64,000 nucleotides of DNA from Laetmonice hystrix (Eukaryota): the NCBI GenBank assembly GCA_965235115.1, contig OZ249436.1:23190001-23254000 (forward strand), given 5' to 3'. The position numbers were made by a program, and so were the translations under genes. Of this stretch, positions 23,605 through 37,846 are shown in pieces (position 1 is the stretch's first letter; each line of letters starts with the position of its first letter). Below the pieces are notes generated by a model. It saw nothing but the letters and a program-made list of their open reading frames with translations. It was not told where the DNA came from and made no database searches.

Positions 23605-26496
23605 CGAGAACAGTGAGGTTGGTATTCTATTCGACACAATTTGATAGTTTTTTATTTTGGCAATCAACCTTTCAATGTGTACTTTGTGGGTGGCTAATTT
23701 TTTTAATGAGGTGCATTTTCAGATGCTAACATTTGACGTTCTGAAGCAATAAACGGTGGAATATTTAAAGATAATCCCAGGTCTTACAACTCTTTTGCAA
23801 TAGTGAAACCCTTGTCTGCCATTACAGCATCACCATCTTTTACGTAACCATTTGATTTCAAGGATTTAATTAGATTATAAAATTCCCTCTCCTCTGAATA
23901 GGGATTTATCTGAAATAGAACCCGTGACGGTGAACAATTCTGACACAAATATCAAGGACCCACGAGGATCACATTTGACTTTGCAGCGCTAAAGCACTGT
24001 TTCTGTCTTTATTTCGGTGCCATCAGATTAATAATTTTTTTTTTAAATGACAAGTTTAGTTGGAAACTCTGCTCTAAATTTCTGTGGCATGTCTCTATCA
24101 GGCCAGATTGGCATTAATTTTGCCCTATATTTTAAAATACAAATCATGATGATGATCTATCCATGTGTTGAACAAACTACCGGGAGACTGTAATGACAAA
24201 CCAAACCTACAAGCAAGATATATCTTAAACCAAAATTGTGACGTACCTACACATGGCCAGAAAAGTGCATCTTGATTTGATATACCCTTAAATCTACCAT
24301 ACCCGACTCTGACTCATACTTTAAAACAAATCCCTGCGGTATCAGAAAGGCAGGGAAAGCCAGAAATCTAACATTTATAAGCTATGCCTGGCTGTATAAA
24401 ACTTAAATACATGTAAGTCCTTCAGTCTTTCTTCACATGCAACAACATCATCATCTCCAAAAGGTGTCCTCCTCTCAAGCTCTGACTTCAAACTCTGATT
24501 TTGTGCGTCTTTTTGGCCAAGTTGCATCCTGCACCTTTGCAGTTAGATTTCTACTTGTGTTCTAAGCCCCTGCAGTTCTGCCGTTGTAGACTGAAATTAA
24601 AGAATGAGAAAACTTACTAAATATACCTCCTTCAAAGCAAAGTAAAGTTAAGCAGAGAATATCCATGAATGTAAATCATAACTGAGTGTACTTATTCATC
24701 ATCAAATAAATTATAAAAATGGAATCTTTGAATCAATAAAAAAAACTACCACATCTTAGTTTATTGTTCTCACCTTTTCCTTAGAGAGGTCTAAGTGATT
24801 TGCTTGAAGAGCCATCTGCTGGTATTGGGTCCGGAAACAATTCTGTGGGGCCATGACTACCAACAAAATTCTGGAAAAAAGAAAAGAAATGGAAATAAAG
24901 TATTTAAAAATAACAGGTAGGCTCTGGCAAAGAATTGGCCTATCCTAGAGTAGATCCAGCTAGGTCTACATTAAAGTCAAGATCTACGACTTGAGATCCC
25001 TTTCCCGTTTGTTGATAATCCGCCCCTAGAATTTATACCCCCTGCCCTGGCACCTTAATTACTATCACTATCACGTTATGGTAGAAAAAAGGGATATCGA
25101 GGTTTACCAATGAAAAATCCCTCAAACGTAAAAATAAAGATCTATATCTATCTATCCTATCTAGAAAGATAGAATCTAGCCGAGATTGACTTAAGTTAGA
25201 GCCTACTAGGCCTAACCTAGGTCTATGGCCTAACTAGACTGACACTTAGAGTAGAATAGAGATTAGAGTAGTCTATATAAATCTAGTCACGTGTGAGAAT
25301 TACAGGATCCGGCCGTCCCCGCTGCCGGGAAATCACACTAAATGCTGGCTAACTGGGTTTGGGTAACGCTGAGCACTGGCGGGTTCGGGGGGGGGGGGGG
25401 TAGGGGGTTTAACCCCCCCCCCCCCGAACGCCTAGAGGCTAGACTGCTACTGGACCCCACCCGCTAGGGCTCCCTCGCTTCGCGAGCTCAGCACTGTTGG
25501 CGTCTCTGTACCCCCCCCCCCGTTAAGAAAATCCTAGATCCGTGCCTGCTGAGGAGGGGGGGCATCCCCCCCCGTCCACTTTTGTTGATGGCTTAAAAGG
25601 AAAAAGGCTCCTGAGCAGCAGGGGTGGATCTAAGGGGGAGGGGAACAAAGGGCCACGCCCCTAAAATTCGAAAATTAAAATACTTGAAGGCAAAGGCTCC
25701 TGAGCAGCAGGAAGGGGGAGGGGATATCTAGGCTAGATATCAGATCTAGAGCTGAGTAGTGAGAGAGCTATTCTATTCTAATTCTAAACCTAGCCCAAGG
25801 CCGTCGTGAACTTCTAACGTAAACTTGTTAGGCCAAACAGAATCTCCCCCCCCCCCCAATCTGAAATTTCTGGATTCAGTGCTGTGAAGTAGGCGATGTC
25901 CAGCCTTGGCTTGAGAGTGTTGGTAACTAGTCTAGGCCTAAGACTGTAATAGAGTTGAATTTATGATACCAATTTTTTTATTCAGAATCTTATGTACTAT
26001 CATAGTATCAGCAAATTCCTATCTAACTCTCTCGGGTGTCTCAATAAACATATAGGCCTACAATCACATACACACACAAGTTAGCCTACACACTTTGAGT
26101 GGCTCGCCTTTCTCCACACGTGACACTTGAGTCGAGATCAACCGTCACGGTGAGTAGGGACGTCGCTGGCACCGCCCGCGTCATCACGGTAGACGGCGCT
26201 AGAGATCTCGATCAACTGCCTACAAACTTCCCACACAGGCACACTGACTTTTCAAACAGGACTTAGATCTAAAGGTAGCGTATATTGAAATAATCTATAC
26301 TCACGTGAGAGCAGTCTGCCTTGCTTTGGTGATGTTGAGTTGACTGTGCAGCCTCCCAAAGCACAGCACGAATCCATCGCATTCACTTTTCTGACTGGCG
26401 TTTTGGCTTTGGAAACAAGATTAATTTCGCTAATTCCAGTCTTTCCGGATATATTTCATCTCCATTGCAGGTGCCCCAGGCACATCGTAACACCAA
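23605..26496 (-). pseudogene. THAP-HTH-DDE_Tnp_4 transposase pseudogene, copy 1
   Basis: Reverse complement of 28761-31660. Confidence 0.82.
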
Positions 26497-27263
26497 TTTT
26501 GTTTTTGTTAACAACAGAAAAAGTAAGGTTATGTAGGCCGCTCGGTACCTAAGCTAGGGTAGGCCTAACCTAACGTTAGCGTAAATGTCCCACAAACCGT
26601 TTGTTTGTGGGACATTTCCCCGACGTCACATTGTGCGATTGCCACGTGGACAATGGCGTAACCTGATTGGTCAGTTGCAGACGTTTGATTGACAGGTCGG
26701 AACCATGCATTGTATGCCTATTTAGAAAATAGTAGGCTAGTCGGGTATAGTTATACTTCCTTGCATTTCCAATTACCTGAACTGGGCCCGGTTTTTCACG
26801 AATTTGCAAGCATTACTTAAGTAATTTATACTCAAGTTGAGTAAAAAACCGTTTTTCAAAACTTTGTTGCTTAGGGTCTACTTACAGTAGGCTAACACTT
26901 AAGTAGACCGAAGCAAAGCGGACCACCAAAATGTCTTTAGCCCTTTTGCCTAAAATTTTGGAGCAAGGCCAAACCTTTGGTCGTTATTATACTACATAGG
27001 ACCAATACTTTTTAGTATTACGAACAAAGTTCATCTTAACAATTTATTTTATTGAAATATGTGAAATTACAATAATCATCCTAATTCCACTTTGCCCCAG
27101 AAGGGTGAGGCAAAGTGGAATCCAGTGAATCCAGTGAAATTTCCTCGTATGGGGGCCTACCCCAAAGGACATTAGGCTCCTAACCCAACTAAAATGTTCT
27201 TCGACCTGTAAATGTTAAAAAAAACAAGAATTCAAAGTTATCTTGAATGCACAGTGTCCTTAA

Positions 27264-27795
27264 AGGGGCATGCTATGAAACACGTTTTTTTTAGATTTCC
27301 GGCAATTATCCAACATGATCGTGTACTAGGGATCCAAGTAAATAATCCTACCACAGCATTTTGTCCTCCGACGTGTTTTCGCTGCGTATGCAGCACAAGT
27401 AGATTCTATACGACCAAACCTATAGATTTCTCCCGATAGCACATCTCCCGCCACAATTTGCTATAGACAACCTCCCATCAACCCGTGTAATTGCATACTG
27501 TGTCACATCCTGCGTGTGCACTCTCTGCATGTGATTAGTCACGTGCGTCGTTTAGTTGTAAACAATTCAGCAGTTGCACTCGATCGTCCGGCATCAGAAT
27601 GCCACCCAAAAAATATTTTACGAAATCGGCAGGAAAGCGGGCAAGGGAGCTTCATAAACTTCGATTTCTCACGCAAAATGAAACTGATAACTGATGTCTT
27701 TGTTTACCAAGCAATATTAATGAAGGATCTCTTGATGAAAACAGCAAAAGTTCTTTGAAATACCGATTTTTCACGTTTCCTCATAATATGCCCCT
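27264..27795. mobile_element. Kolobok-like non-autonomous element, copy 1
   Basis: AGGGGCAT..ATGCCCCT termini; TTAA TSD; inverted copy at 49922-50405. Confidence 0.82.
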
Positions 27796-28102
27796 TTAAC
27801 AATGCTTGCAGTTTTCTTTTGATTAACCTAGTCCCTGTGTAATTCACAGGTGAATCCAGGGTCGTCGTCATTAGTATGCACATTCCTGGTGGGCCCAGTC
27901 GTTGCAGATTTCACACATGACAGGCCCGTAAGACCCCCCCCCCCTTCTTGGGCCCAAAGGTCCATGAATAGTTCAGACTTATCCAATACTTGACTATTGT
28001 AAAAACGTTTTCTATCGGCGTATGAACCTACTTGATAGGCCTAGGTTAGGCCTATAAATTATTATAAGGCATATGGGCCTAGGTGAAAATATATAGGCCC
28101 AG

Positions 28103-28278
28103 GCCCCGGTTTTTAGTTTGCAAACCGAGTCTTAAGATTCAAATCTTAAGACTGAACTCTTGTTTCAGAGCTTCTGATTGGTCCTTCAAATGAAGTCAGC
28201 CAATGAGAGACCATAACACAAGTCAGTCTTAAAATTCCAGTCTTAAGATTGGTAAAATGACGAACTAAAAACCGGGCC
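28103..28278. mobile_element. Small Harbinger-type MITE
   Basis: TIR GCCCCGGTTTTTAGTT / AACTAAAAACCGGGCC; TSD CAG/CAG. Confidence 0.75.
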
Positions 28279-28548
28279 CAGGAGGTCTGGACCCCTCTTG
28301 TTGGTCAGGAAATTTTTTGGCCTTCCTAAATTCAATAATGTTATGGGAAGGACCCCAGACCCCAGACTATGGGTCTGACTGTCTTTGTCTTTGAGAAACT
28401 TCACAATTTCTGTCCCCATACCAGATGCCAGGAGATAGCAGCTTTGTTGCCTTCTAAATTCAAATAGGCCTAGGCCAATCTTCTGCCCCCTCCCCGCATG
28501 AACCAAATCCTGACTTCGCGTGATGATGACATAAAGGTCATAACGTAT

Positions 28549-31500
28549 GCATGGTTCCGACCTGTCAATCAAACGTCTGCAACTGACCAATCAGGTTACG
28601 CCATTGTCCACGTGGCAATCGCACAATGTGACGTCGGGGAAATGTCCCACAAACAAACGGTTTGTGGGACATTTACGCTAACGTTAGGTTAGGCCTACCC
28701 TAGCTTAGGTACCGAGCGGCCTACATAACCTTACTTTTTCTGTTGTTAACAAAAACAAAATTGGTGTTACGATGTGCCTGGGGCACCTGCAATGGAGATG
28801 AAATATATCCGGAAAGACTGGAATTAGCGAAATTAATCTTGTTTCCAAAGCCAAAACGCCAGTCAGAAAAGTGAATGCGATGGATTCGTGCTGTGCTTTG
28901 GGAGGCTGCACAGTCAACTCAACATCACCAAAGCAAGGCAGACTGCTCTCACGTGAGTATAGATTATTTCAATATACGCTACCTTTAGATCTAAGTCCTG
29001 TTTGAAAAGTCAGTGTGCCTGTGTGGGAAGTTTGTAGGCAGTTGATCGAGATCTCTAGCGCCGTCTACCGTGATGACGCGGGCGGTGCCAGCGACGTCCC
29101 TACTCACCGTGACGGTTGATCTCGACTCAAGTGTCACGTGTGGAGAAAGGCGAGCCACTCAAAGTGTGTAGGCTAACTTGTGTGTGTATGTGATTGTAGG
29201 CCTATATGTTTATTGAGACACCCGAGAGAGTTAGATAGGAATTTGCTGATACTATGATAGTACATAAGATTCTGAATAAAAAAATTGGTATCATAAATTC
29301 AACTCTATTACAGTCTTAGGCCTAGACTAGTTACCAACACTCTCAAGCCAAGGCTGGACATCGCCTACTTCACAGCACTGAATCCAGAAATTTCAGATTG
29401 GGGGGGGGGGGAGATTCTGTTTGGCCTAACAAGTTTACGTTAGAAGTTCACGACGGCCTTGGGCTAGGTTTAGAATTAGAATAGAATAGCTCTCTCACTA
29501 CTCAGCTCTAGATCTGATATCTAGCCTAGATATCCCCTCCCCCTTCCTGCTGCTCAGGAGCCTTTGCCTTCAAGTATTTTAATTTTCGAATTTTAGGGGC
29601 GTGGCCCTTTGTTCCCCTCCCCCTTAGATCCACCCCTGCTGCTCAGGAGCCTTTATCCTTTTAAGCCATCAACAAAAGTGGACGGGGGGGGGGAGATGCC
29701 CCCCCTCCTCAGCAGGCACGGATCTAGGATTTTCTTAACGGGGGGGGGGGGGGGGTACAGAGACGCCAACAGTGCTGAGCTCGCGAAGCGAGGGAGCCCT
29801 AGCGGGTGGGGTCCAGTAGCAGTCTAGCCTCTAGGCGTTCGGGGGGGGGGGGGTTAAACCCCCTACCCCCCCCCGAACCCGCCAGTGCTCAGCGTTACCC
29901 AAACCCAGTTAGCCAGCATTTAGTGTGATTTCCCGGCAGCGGGGACGGCCGGATCCTGTAATTCTCACACGTGACTAGATTTATATAGACTACTCTAATC
30001 TCTATTCTACTCTAAGTGTCAGTCTAGTTAGGCCATAGACCTAGGTTAGGCCTAGTAGGCTCTAACTTAAGTCAATCTCGGCTAGATTCTATCTTTCTAG
30101 ATAGGATAGATAGATATAGATCTTTATTTTTACGTTTGAGGGATTTTTCATTGGTAAACCTCGATATCCCTTTTTTCTACCATAACGTGATAGTGATAGT
30201 AATTAAGGTGCCAGGGCAGGGGGTATAAATTCTAGGGGCGGATTATCAACAAACGGGAAAGGGATCTCAAGTCGTAGATCTTGACTTTAATGTAGACCTA
30301 GCTGGATCTACTCTAGGATAGGCCAATTCTTTGCCAGAGCCTACCTGTTATTTTTAAATACTTTATTTCCATTTCTTTTCTTTTTTCCAGAATTTTGTTG
30401 GTAGTCATGGCCCCACAGAATTGTTTCCGGACCCAATACCAGCAGATGGCTCTTCAAGCAAATCACTTAGACCTCTCTAAGGAAAAGGTGAGAACAATAA
30501 ACTAAGATGTGGTAGTTTTTTTTATTGATTCAAAGATTCCATTTTTATAATTTATTTGATGATGAATAAGTACACTCAGTTATGATTTACATTCATGGAT
30601 ATTCTCTGCTTAACTTTACTTTGCTTTGAAGGAGGTATATTTAGTAAGTTTTCTCATTCTTTAATTTCAGTCTACAACGGCAGAACTGCAGGGGCTTAGA
30701 ACACAAGTAGAAATCTAACTGCAAAGGTGCAGGATGCAACTTGGCCAAAAAGACGCACAAAATCAGAGTTTGAAGTCAGAGCTTGAGAGGAGGACACCTT
30801 TTGGAGATGACGATGTTGTTGCATGTGAAGAAAGACTGAAGGACTTACATGTATTTAAGTTTTATACAGCCAGGCATAGCTTATAAATGTTAGATTTCTG
30901 GCTTTCCCTGCCTTTCTGATACCGCAGGGATTTGTTTTAAAGTATGAGTCAGAGTCGGGTATGGTAGATTTAAGGGTATATCAAATCAAGATGCACTTTT
31001 CTGGCCATGTGTAGGTACGTCACAATTTTGGTTTAAGATATATCTTGCTTGTAGGTTTGGTTTGTCATTACAGTCTCCCGGTAGTTTGTTCAACACATGG
31101 ATAGATCATCATCATGATTTGTATTTTAAAATATAGGGCAAAATTAATGCCAATCTGGCCTGATAGAGACATGCCACAGAAATTTAGAGCAAAGTTTCCA
31201 ACTAAACTTGTCATTTAAAAAAAAAATTATTAATCTGATGGCACCGAAATAAAGACAGAAACAGTGCTTTAGCGCTGCAAAGTCAAATGTGATCCTCGTG
31301 GGTCCTTGATATTTGTGTCAGAATTGTTCACCGTCACGGGTTCTATTTCAGATAAATCCCTATTCAGAGGAGAGGGAATTTTATAATCTAATTAAATCCT
31401 TGAAATCAAATGGTTACGTAAAAGATGGTGATGCTGTAATGGCAGACAAGGGTTTCACTATTGCAAAAGAGTTGTAAGACCTGGGATTATCTTTAAATAT

Positions 31501-32833
31501 TCCACCGTTTATTGCTTCAGAACGTCAAATGTTAGCATCTGAAAATGCACCTCATTAAAAAAATTAGCCACCCACAAAGTACACATTGAAAGGTTGATTG
31601 CCAAAATAAAAAACTATCAAATTGTGTCGAATAGAATACCAACCTCACTGTTCTCGAAAATCACTAAGATTTAGTGTGTGTGTTTTTTTTTTACGCTCCT
31701 TCAAGATACTTTTATGAAAGATAAGGATTAAAGTGAGACTCGGTGTTCATGAGAAGAGGAAGATGTGAAGTGGGAAGTGTTTGATAGCACATGCATAACT
31801 ATTAAAAATAATAAGAAACAATATCTTATTTGTTTTTTGTCCATAATGATATTACCTGGTAAGACAGGTAAGACCCAAAGCTGTACATCTCCAAACGGTG
31901 TTGATGAAACATATTGATGGTGCGGTGGGCGGTGGGGGTGGGTAGGCGGTGGGGAGGTGGGGGGGCGGTGGGGGTGGGGGTGCGGTCAGGGGGCGGTGGG
32001 GGTGGGGGGGGGGCACATGCAGGTACGGAACCAGCACTGCACGAAAGACCTGGCGCAAACATATCTTTGCACCCCCCCCCCCCCTCCACACACCTCCGAC
32101 CACACTCCGATCCCACCCCCTCCCCACCCGGAGAAGGGGGGGGAGCGGTTCCCACGCCAGTGGCAGTACGTGGCAGTGCTCAGAGGCGACTTGTGGCCAA
32201 AGAACGCTTTGGCCACAGCGTGAGGCACAGATCTACTCTGGCTGTAGACTTTACTGTCACTTACAGACATGGCTCTAGAGTAGAGGATAGATAGACATAG
32301 TGCATAATGAAATGGGTGATCTCTGCTGTGATCATGTAGATTGTAGGTCAATCAAAGTTCCGCGATGTTTGACGTTTGACCGCAATTTTAACAAATCTGT
32401 TACTTTGTGCACGAGTTAGAAAGTTGGTTACTTTGTGTCATTTTACTTTACCCAGCTTTGCAAGAACAGTGCGCCTCAGTTATTGATACTTGTGTCCTTA
32501 AAAAGTTCTACGCAAATGAATCTAGTGCGGCTCCTCCGTCTTGTCACTTGTGACTTGCATCGAGCGCCAACATCCAGAGACGTTCACACCTGTTTCAAGC
32601 GACTCCCCCCGTATTTTAATGTCGTAAACATGACCTTATGTCCATAGTAATTTAGACCCTTTTCTAATGCTTTAGGATGCAAATTCTGAGGTGAAAAGAA
32701 ACAGAAATGTTGTCTGGGATGACGACGACACAGTCGCGCCAGGTTGAAACTCGCGCCATTTTGTATCAATGTTGTGGGACATAGTTACCGTCGTTAAGGG
32801 GGCGTGGCTTACGGTGACAAATCGGAACTATGC
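28549..32833 (+). mobile_element. ISL2EU-like DNA transposon, decayed, copy 2 (inverted relative to copy 1)
   Basis: Same TIRs; AT TSD (28547-48, 32834-35); near-identical reverse complement of 22437-26708. Confidence 0.85.
28761..31660 (+). pseudogene. Intron-containing THAP-HTH-DDE_Tnp_4 transposase pseudogene, copy 2
   Basis: Exon 28761-28952 VLRCAWGTCNGD..FPKPK..RWIRA (THAP); exon 30391-30487 NFVGSHGPTELFPDPIPA; exon from 30671 with DGTEIKTE (31237), CDPRGSLIFVSELF, GSISDK, MADKGF (31439), LNIPPF, HIERLIAKIKNY (31582). GT-AG sites present; stops and frameshifts throughout. Confidence 0.85.
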
Positions 32834-33481
32834 ATTGGACCCCCCCCCCCTTCAAAAAGCTGGATTCGCCCTGAGGCCTAGATCTATAGTGAAAAGGTCC
32901 AGTCCCCCCCCCCCCCAAAAAAAGATCCCCCGAACCGAAAAGACCCCCCCCCTTGGTCCTCTAGCTAGGCCTACGTACAGTTCCCAACAATAAATAAATG
33001 CACATCTTCAGCGTGGACCCTTGTTCCTTAGCTTTAGTGCCTGCTTTAGCATACTGGGGCAAAGTGGAACGGCGTTCCACTTTGCCCCGTTCCCCTTTGC
33101 CCCGACGTCTTGGTTTTGAAAATACGCTATGCACTAGTACAGGCAGATCAAATCTTAATAACGTCACCAGGCATATGGAGAGTAGGAAGTGTATTTGACT
33201 CAGTGTTTGGGCATAAAACCGAAATGTTTGTCGCAAATAATTCTATTAGGCTAGCAGTCAAAACAGCCCTAGGAAGTTCTTTTCTAAATAACATTTCAAA
33301 AATCTTAAAAATCTGTTAAAATCGGAAATCGGATAAAATCGGAAGTAGCCTATAGATATTGGTCGATAATTATAATATAGTTCCATGGAATAGTGAATGT
33401 TTTAACTCGATGTATTGCTGTTCCAAGATTTTAGTTGCTGTACAGTAAAGAATCCGACACTACGACATTTACGAGCACCTT

Positions 33482-34288
33482 CCCAGATAGCACCCGCCGA
33501 TGGCCCGCTGTTGGGCCACCTATCAAAGCACCAGTCGGCAGCCGCTGGTGGCCCACTGGTGGCGTGACCAGCTGGTAGCCGTTGGCCCACCGGTGTAGAT
33601 AGCCACTGATGGGCCAACGTTCGCCCGCTGAAGACAAGATAGCACACCGCCGATGGCCCACTGTTGGGCCACCATCAAAGCACCAGTGGCCCACTGTCGG
33701 CAGCCGCTAGTGGCCCACTAGTGGCGTGACCAGCTGGTAGCCGTTGGCCCACCGGTGTAGATAGCCACTGATGGGCCAACGTTCGCCCGCTGAAGACAAG
33801 ATAGCACACAGCCGATGGCCCACTGTTGGGCCACCCATCAAAGCACCAGTGGCCCGCTGTCGGCAGCCGCTGGTGGCCCACTGGTGGCGTGACCAGTTGG
33901 TAGCCGTTGGCCCACCGGTGTAGATAGCCACTGATGGGCCAACGTTCGCCCGCTGAAGACAAGATAGCACACCGCCGATGGCCCGCTGTTGGGCCACCCA
34001 TCAAAGCACCAGTGGCCCGCTGTCGGCAGCCGCTGGTGGCCCACTGGTGGCGTGACCAGCTGGTAGCCGTTGGCCCACCGGTGTAGATAGCCACTGATGG
34101 GCCAACGTTCGCCCGCTGAAGACAAGATAGCACACAGCCGATGGCCCACTGTTGGGCCACCATCAAAGCACCAGTGGCCCACTGTCGGCAGCCGCTAGTG
34201 GCCCACTAGTGGCGTGACCAGCTGGTAGCCGTTGGCCCACCGGTGTAGATAGCCACTGATGGGCCAACGTTGGCCCGCTGAAGACAAA
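33482..34288. repeat. ~163-bp GC-rich tandem repeat, ~5 copies
   Basis: GATAGCAC..GCCGATGGCCC units at ~33486, 33638, 33800, 33963 and 34126. Confidence 0.92.
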
Positions 34289-35313
34289 ATTCTTCATACC
34301 TTTATGCATTTTAACATTTATTCACGGATACAACAGTAGGGCACTCGTGAGTACAGGTCTGTATACTCAGTCATAAGCGCAAGGCTAAGGTTGACAGCGA
34401 TAGTACACCTGTCAGACTGTATTTATACATTCTACAGCAGTAGCAATCAACGCCTACACAGACTTTTTAGATCGGTAATTGTTAAAAGAAATGTATGAAC
34501 GGTATTAGTTCTTTAAATAGAGGGGAAAGCAAGTCATTCGTTCAAGTATCTTTTACGTGAAATAATGTTTGTATGACAAATAGCTTTTATTTGCTCCCAC
34601 TGTCTTCTGGGTGCATAAAAAACCCAATCCATGTCAACTGTGATAGGTTAAGTCCTGTCAAAAGAAAATAGTTCGGGATGCTCAGAGCATCGTCGACCCA
34701 TGAGAACGTGCATAGATCTAGGTTCGAATTTGGCGTGCAGCAGACCCCTAAACTGCACTGCCACTATATGTATTACACAATTCTCAGCTCACAGTCTGAT
34801 CTAAAGTTCGACGAGCCTAGAATTCTTTGAAAATTTCCATCTATTTGAGTAGACTTTATTGTACAGGGATCGGCATTGCCGACAATGGCCAATTTCGGGC
34901 CGAACTCGGGCCGTCAACTGCAAACACAATGCGGGAACGTTAAACTCTGTGGCTGAAGTAATTAGAGAAAATCCTGTCAACCTTTCGATTTTTTCCATGA
35001 AAACAGATAGCTTCAGATAAAACAAACATTAAAACAACTTGTTGTTACTAATGGCGGGAACAGACTAGGGCGACCGATATCTCATCCATCGCTTGACCAT
35101 CGCCTGGCCATCGCCTCGACAAAACCCAAGCGATGGCTCAGGCGACAGGTGGCCCACACTGAGGCGATGGGCAGGCGATGGACAGGCGATAGAGGCTAAA
35201 GGCCGGATTATAGTCCGTCGGCCGACCATCGGCCGACCATCGCTCGACGTTTATAGTTCAGCGATCCGGCCTTTGACCTGACGTCGAGCGATGGTCGGGC
35301 GACGGACTATAAA

Positions 35314-35498
35314 CTAAGCCGATTTTCCTTGCGACGCCCACGCGATTTTGACATCACCCTTTTATTTTACTGTTATTTTGAGATTAAAGGATGGAACCCA
35401 TTTCCTTAAACAGGAAAGGCCAGCCAGGAAAAATTTCAGCATGAAATTCCACCATTAAATCAAAAATCGCATGGCCGTCGCAAGGTGAATCGGCTTAG
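35314..35498. mobile_element. 185-bp MITE
   Basis: TIR CTAAGCCGATT..CCTTGCGACG / CGTCGCAAGG..AATCGGCTTAG. Confidence 0.75.
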
Positions 35499-35557
35499 CA
35501 TGATCAGGTGTCTGTCTGCCCTGTGCTGGGAACTCATTGAGAGCCAGTACCATCTTA

Positions 35558-36417
35558 AGCCCCTTTCACATACAACGTACGATTTTCTCTGTCGTACGAT
35601 TTTAGTGCGTCTATGACAGAAGGGAGTGACGTACGATTGTGAGAGGTTGATTTCTGAGTTGCGTAGTTACGGTCACAAATAGAATATGCATATTACGACT
35701 GTCGTGGGAAAAGAAGTCATGGCTGTAAAAGTCAAATCGTACGATGTTCCTAAGACAGTCTTATGAGCACCTTACAATTTGCACAATACCACAAAAGTCG
35801 TCGTATGACAGTCCTGTGATGCTCGTCTGTCGTACAACAATCGTACGATTGCTACACGACAACACGATTGCTACACGACTATCGTGCATGCAACGTACGA
35901 CATGTCTACAACTGTCATACGATACACGTGGGTATATAGGAGGTCTCGAGAGCGTCGATTTGCACGACAGTCGTGGGACTGTCGTGAGATGGAATTGTGA
36001 TCGTAGTATTGACCCACAACAGTCGCATGACAGACGTATGATGGTGGAATATTCGTACAACTGTCGTGGGTTTGACTTACGATAATCGTGGGACTATTGT
36101 AGGACAGTTCTACGATTCTGAGAGCCTCAGATGACCCCAAAATCATATGGAATTCGTAGGTCTATCGTAACACAGTCGTAGGACATCGTAGGGCATCGCA
36201 CAACAGACCTACGAGATGGGCCTGGTGTCGGAATTTGCCTACGATGCTGAAAATTTTTTGAACATGTTCAAAACTCTACGACAAGGGACTACGACGGCAT
36301 TTTCCGTCGCAGGACAGCTGAATTTTGTACGACACCCCCACGACTGTCCTACGAATTTCCCCATTTTTCTGTCGTAGACTGTTGTATACCTGTTGTACGA
36401 CGTATGTGAAAGGGGCT
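35558..36417. mobile_element. Harbinger-type MITE rich in TACGA
   Basis: TIR AGCCCCTTTCACATAC / GTATGTGAAAGGGGCT; TSD TTA/TTA. Confidence 0.9.
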
Positions 36418-36822
36418 TTACCTGAGCACAAGTCACTCATGGGTCTTAAGTATGTATAACCTTTGAACAGATAGCCTACCATGTGACGGCGATCATCACC
36501 GGGATCAGTCTCAGCGTGGAACGTATTAAATTGTTCAACATTGATAGCATAATCTATTCCCATGTATGTGTCAGGAAGACGATGGAACCACGTGACTTTT
36601 ACAATTTTCAAAACTGGCTGTCGGCGTCGGTCGGCCTACTAGTGGCCACACAGCCTTACGACCCGATCGTCGGGCATAAACCAGCGAAGTCACCGACGAG
36701 TCGAGTCGAGAACCCCGGTCATACGGGATCGTCTGGTCGTACATGTTTAACATCCCTACCATTATCTCAGGTTGCGATCAATAGTTATGTGCCAGCAGCA
36801 TTAGAGGCCCCTATTGAGAGTT

Positions 36823-37682
36823 CCGTGACGTCACGTTACGTTATATGAAACGTGACGTTATATGTCAGGTTGTGTAGAATATGGTCGGAAACGTGATGTC
36901 ACATGCCATGTGACGTTATATGTGACGTTATATATTACGTCACATGTCACGTGATGTTACACGTTACGTCACATGACGTCTGACGTTTTACGTTACGTCG
37001 TGTTACGTCGTATGACCTACGTCACATCACATGCCACGTGACGTTATATGTTACGTCACACATGACCTACGTTACGTCACGTGACGTATAACGTTATACG
37101 TTACGTCACACGTCACGTGACATTACAACTACGTATGCCATTACACGATACGTCACGTGACGTATTACACGTCATGTCACGTATGACGTTATATGGCGTT
37201 ATATGTACGTCACACGTCACATGACGTTATACGTGACATATGACATACGTTACGTCCCATACCACGTGACGTTATATGTTACGGCACTGCCACGTGACTT
37301 ATAGGTTACGTCACACCTCACGTGGCATACATGACGTATGACGTTATAGGTTACATCACACGTCACGTGACGTTACATCACGTCACACGTCACGTGACGT
37401 TACACGTGATGCATGTTCGTGACGTATGACATTATACCTTACATCACACGCCACAAGACGTTATACATTACATTATACGGCACGTTACGTTTTACGTCAC
37501 ATTACGTCACATCTCATGGTCGGAAATGAAAGATCACTTATGGTTTGCTATTTATGTAACTTTAACCATATCGTGCACCGTTACGTTGTTACCAACACTT
37601 CAAAAGCTGTGTAGTAGCATTACAGGTCCCTCTTGAGACATGCTTGACGTCACGTGACATTATACGTCACGTTACGTCTCAT
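36823..37682. repeat. Degenerate CACGTGACGTTA low-complexity satellite
   Basis: Dense ACGT/CACGTG/TGACGT words. Confidence 0.85.
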
Positions 37683-37846
37683 CTAATGGTCGGAAATGAA
37701 AGATCTCATTTGATTTCCAATACATTATACATACATGTATTTTCATATGCCTACATCGCACAGAGTCCTATATAGGCTCATCTGCCGGTTCGAAAGGGAC
37801 CACCGCGTCTTTTGTCGTTTTCTATGAATACATGTACGTAGATATG

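Larger units (their letters stand above)
22437..26708 (-). mobile_element. ISL2EU-like DNA transposon, decayed, copy 1
   Basis: Imperfect TIRs GCATAGTTCCGATTTGTCA / GCATGGTTCCGACCTGTCA; AT TSD (22435-36, 26709-10); THAP plus DDE transposase remnant on the minus strand. Confidence 0.85.

Noticed and set aside
26340..28917. Identical 70-aa ORFs on opposite strands as duplicated genes
   Set aside because: They are antisense readings of the THAP exon in the two transposon copies.
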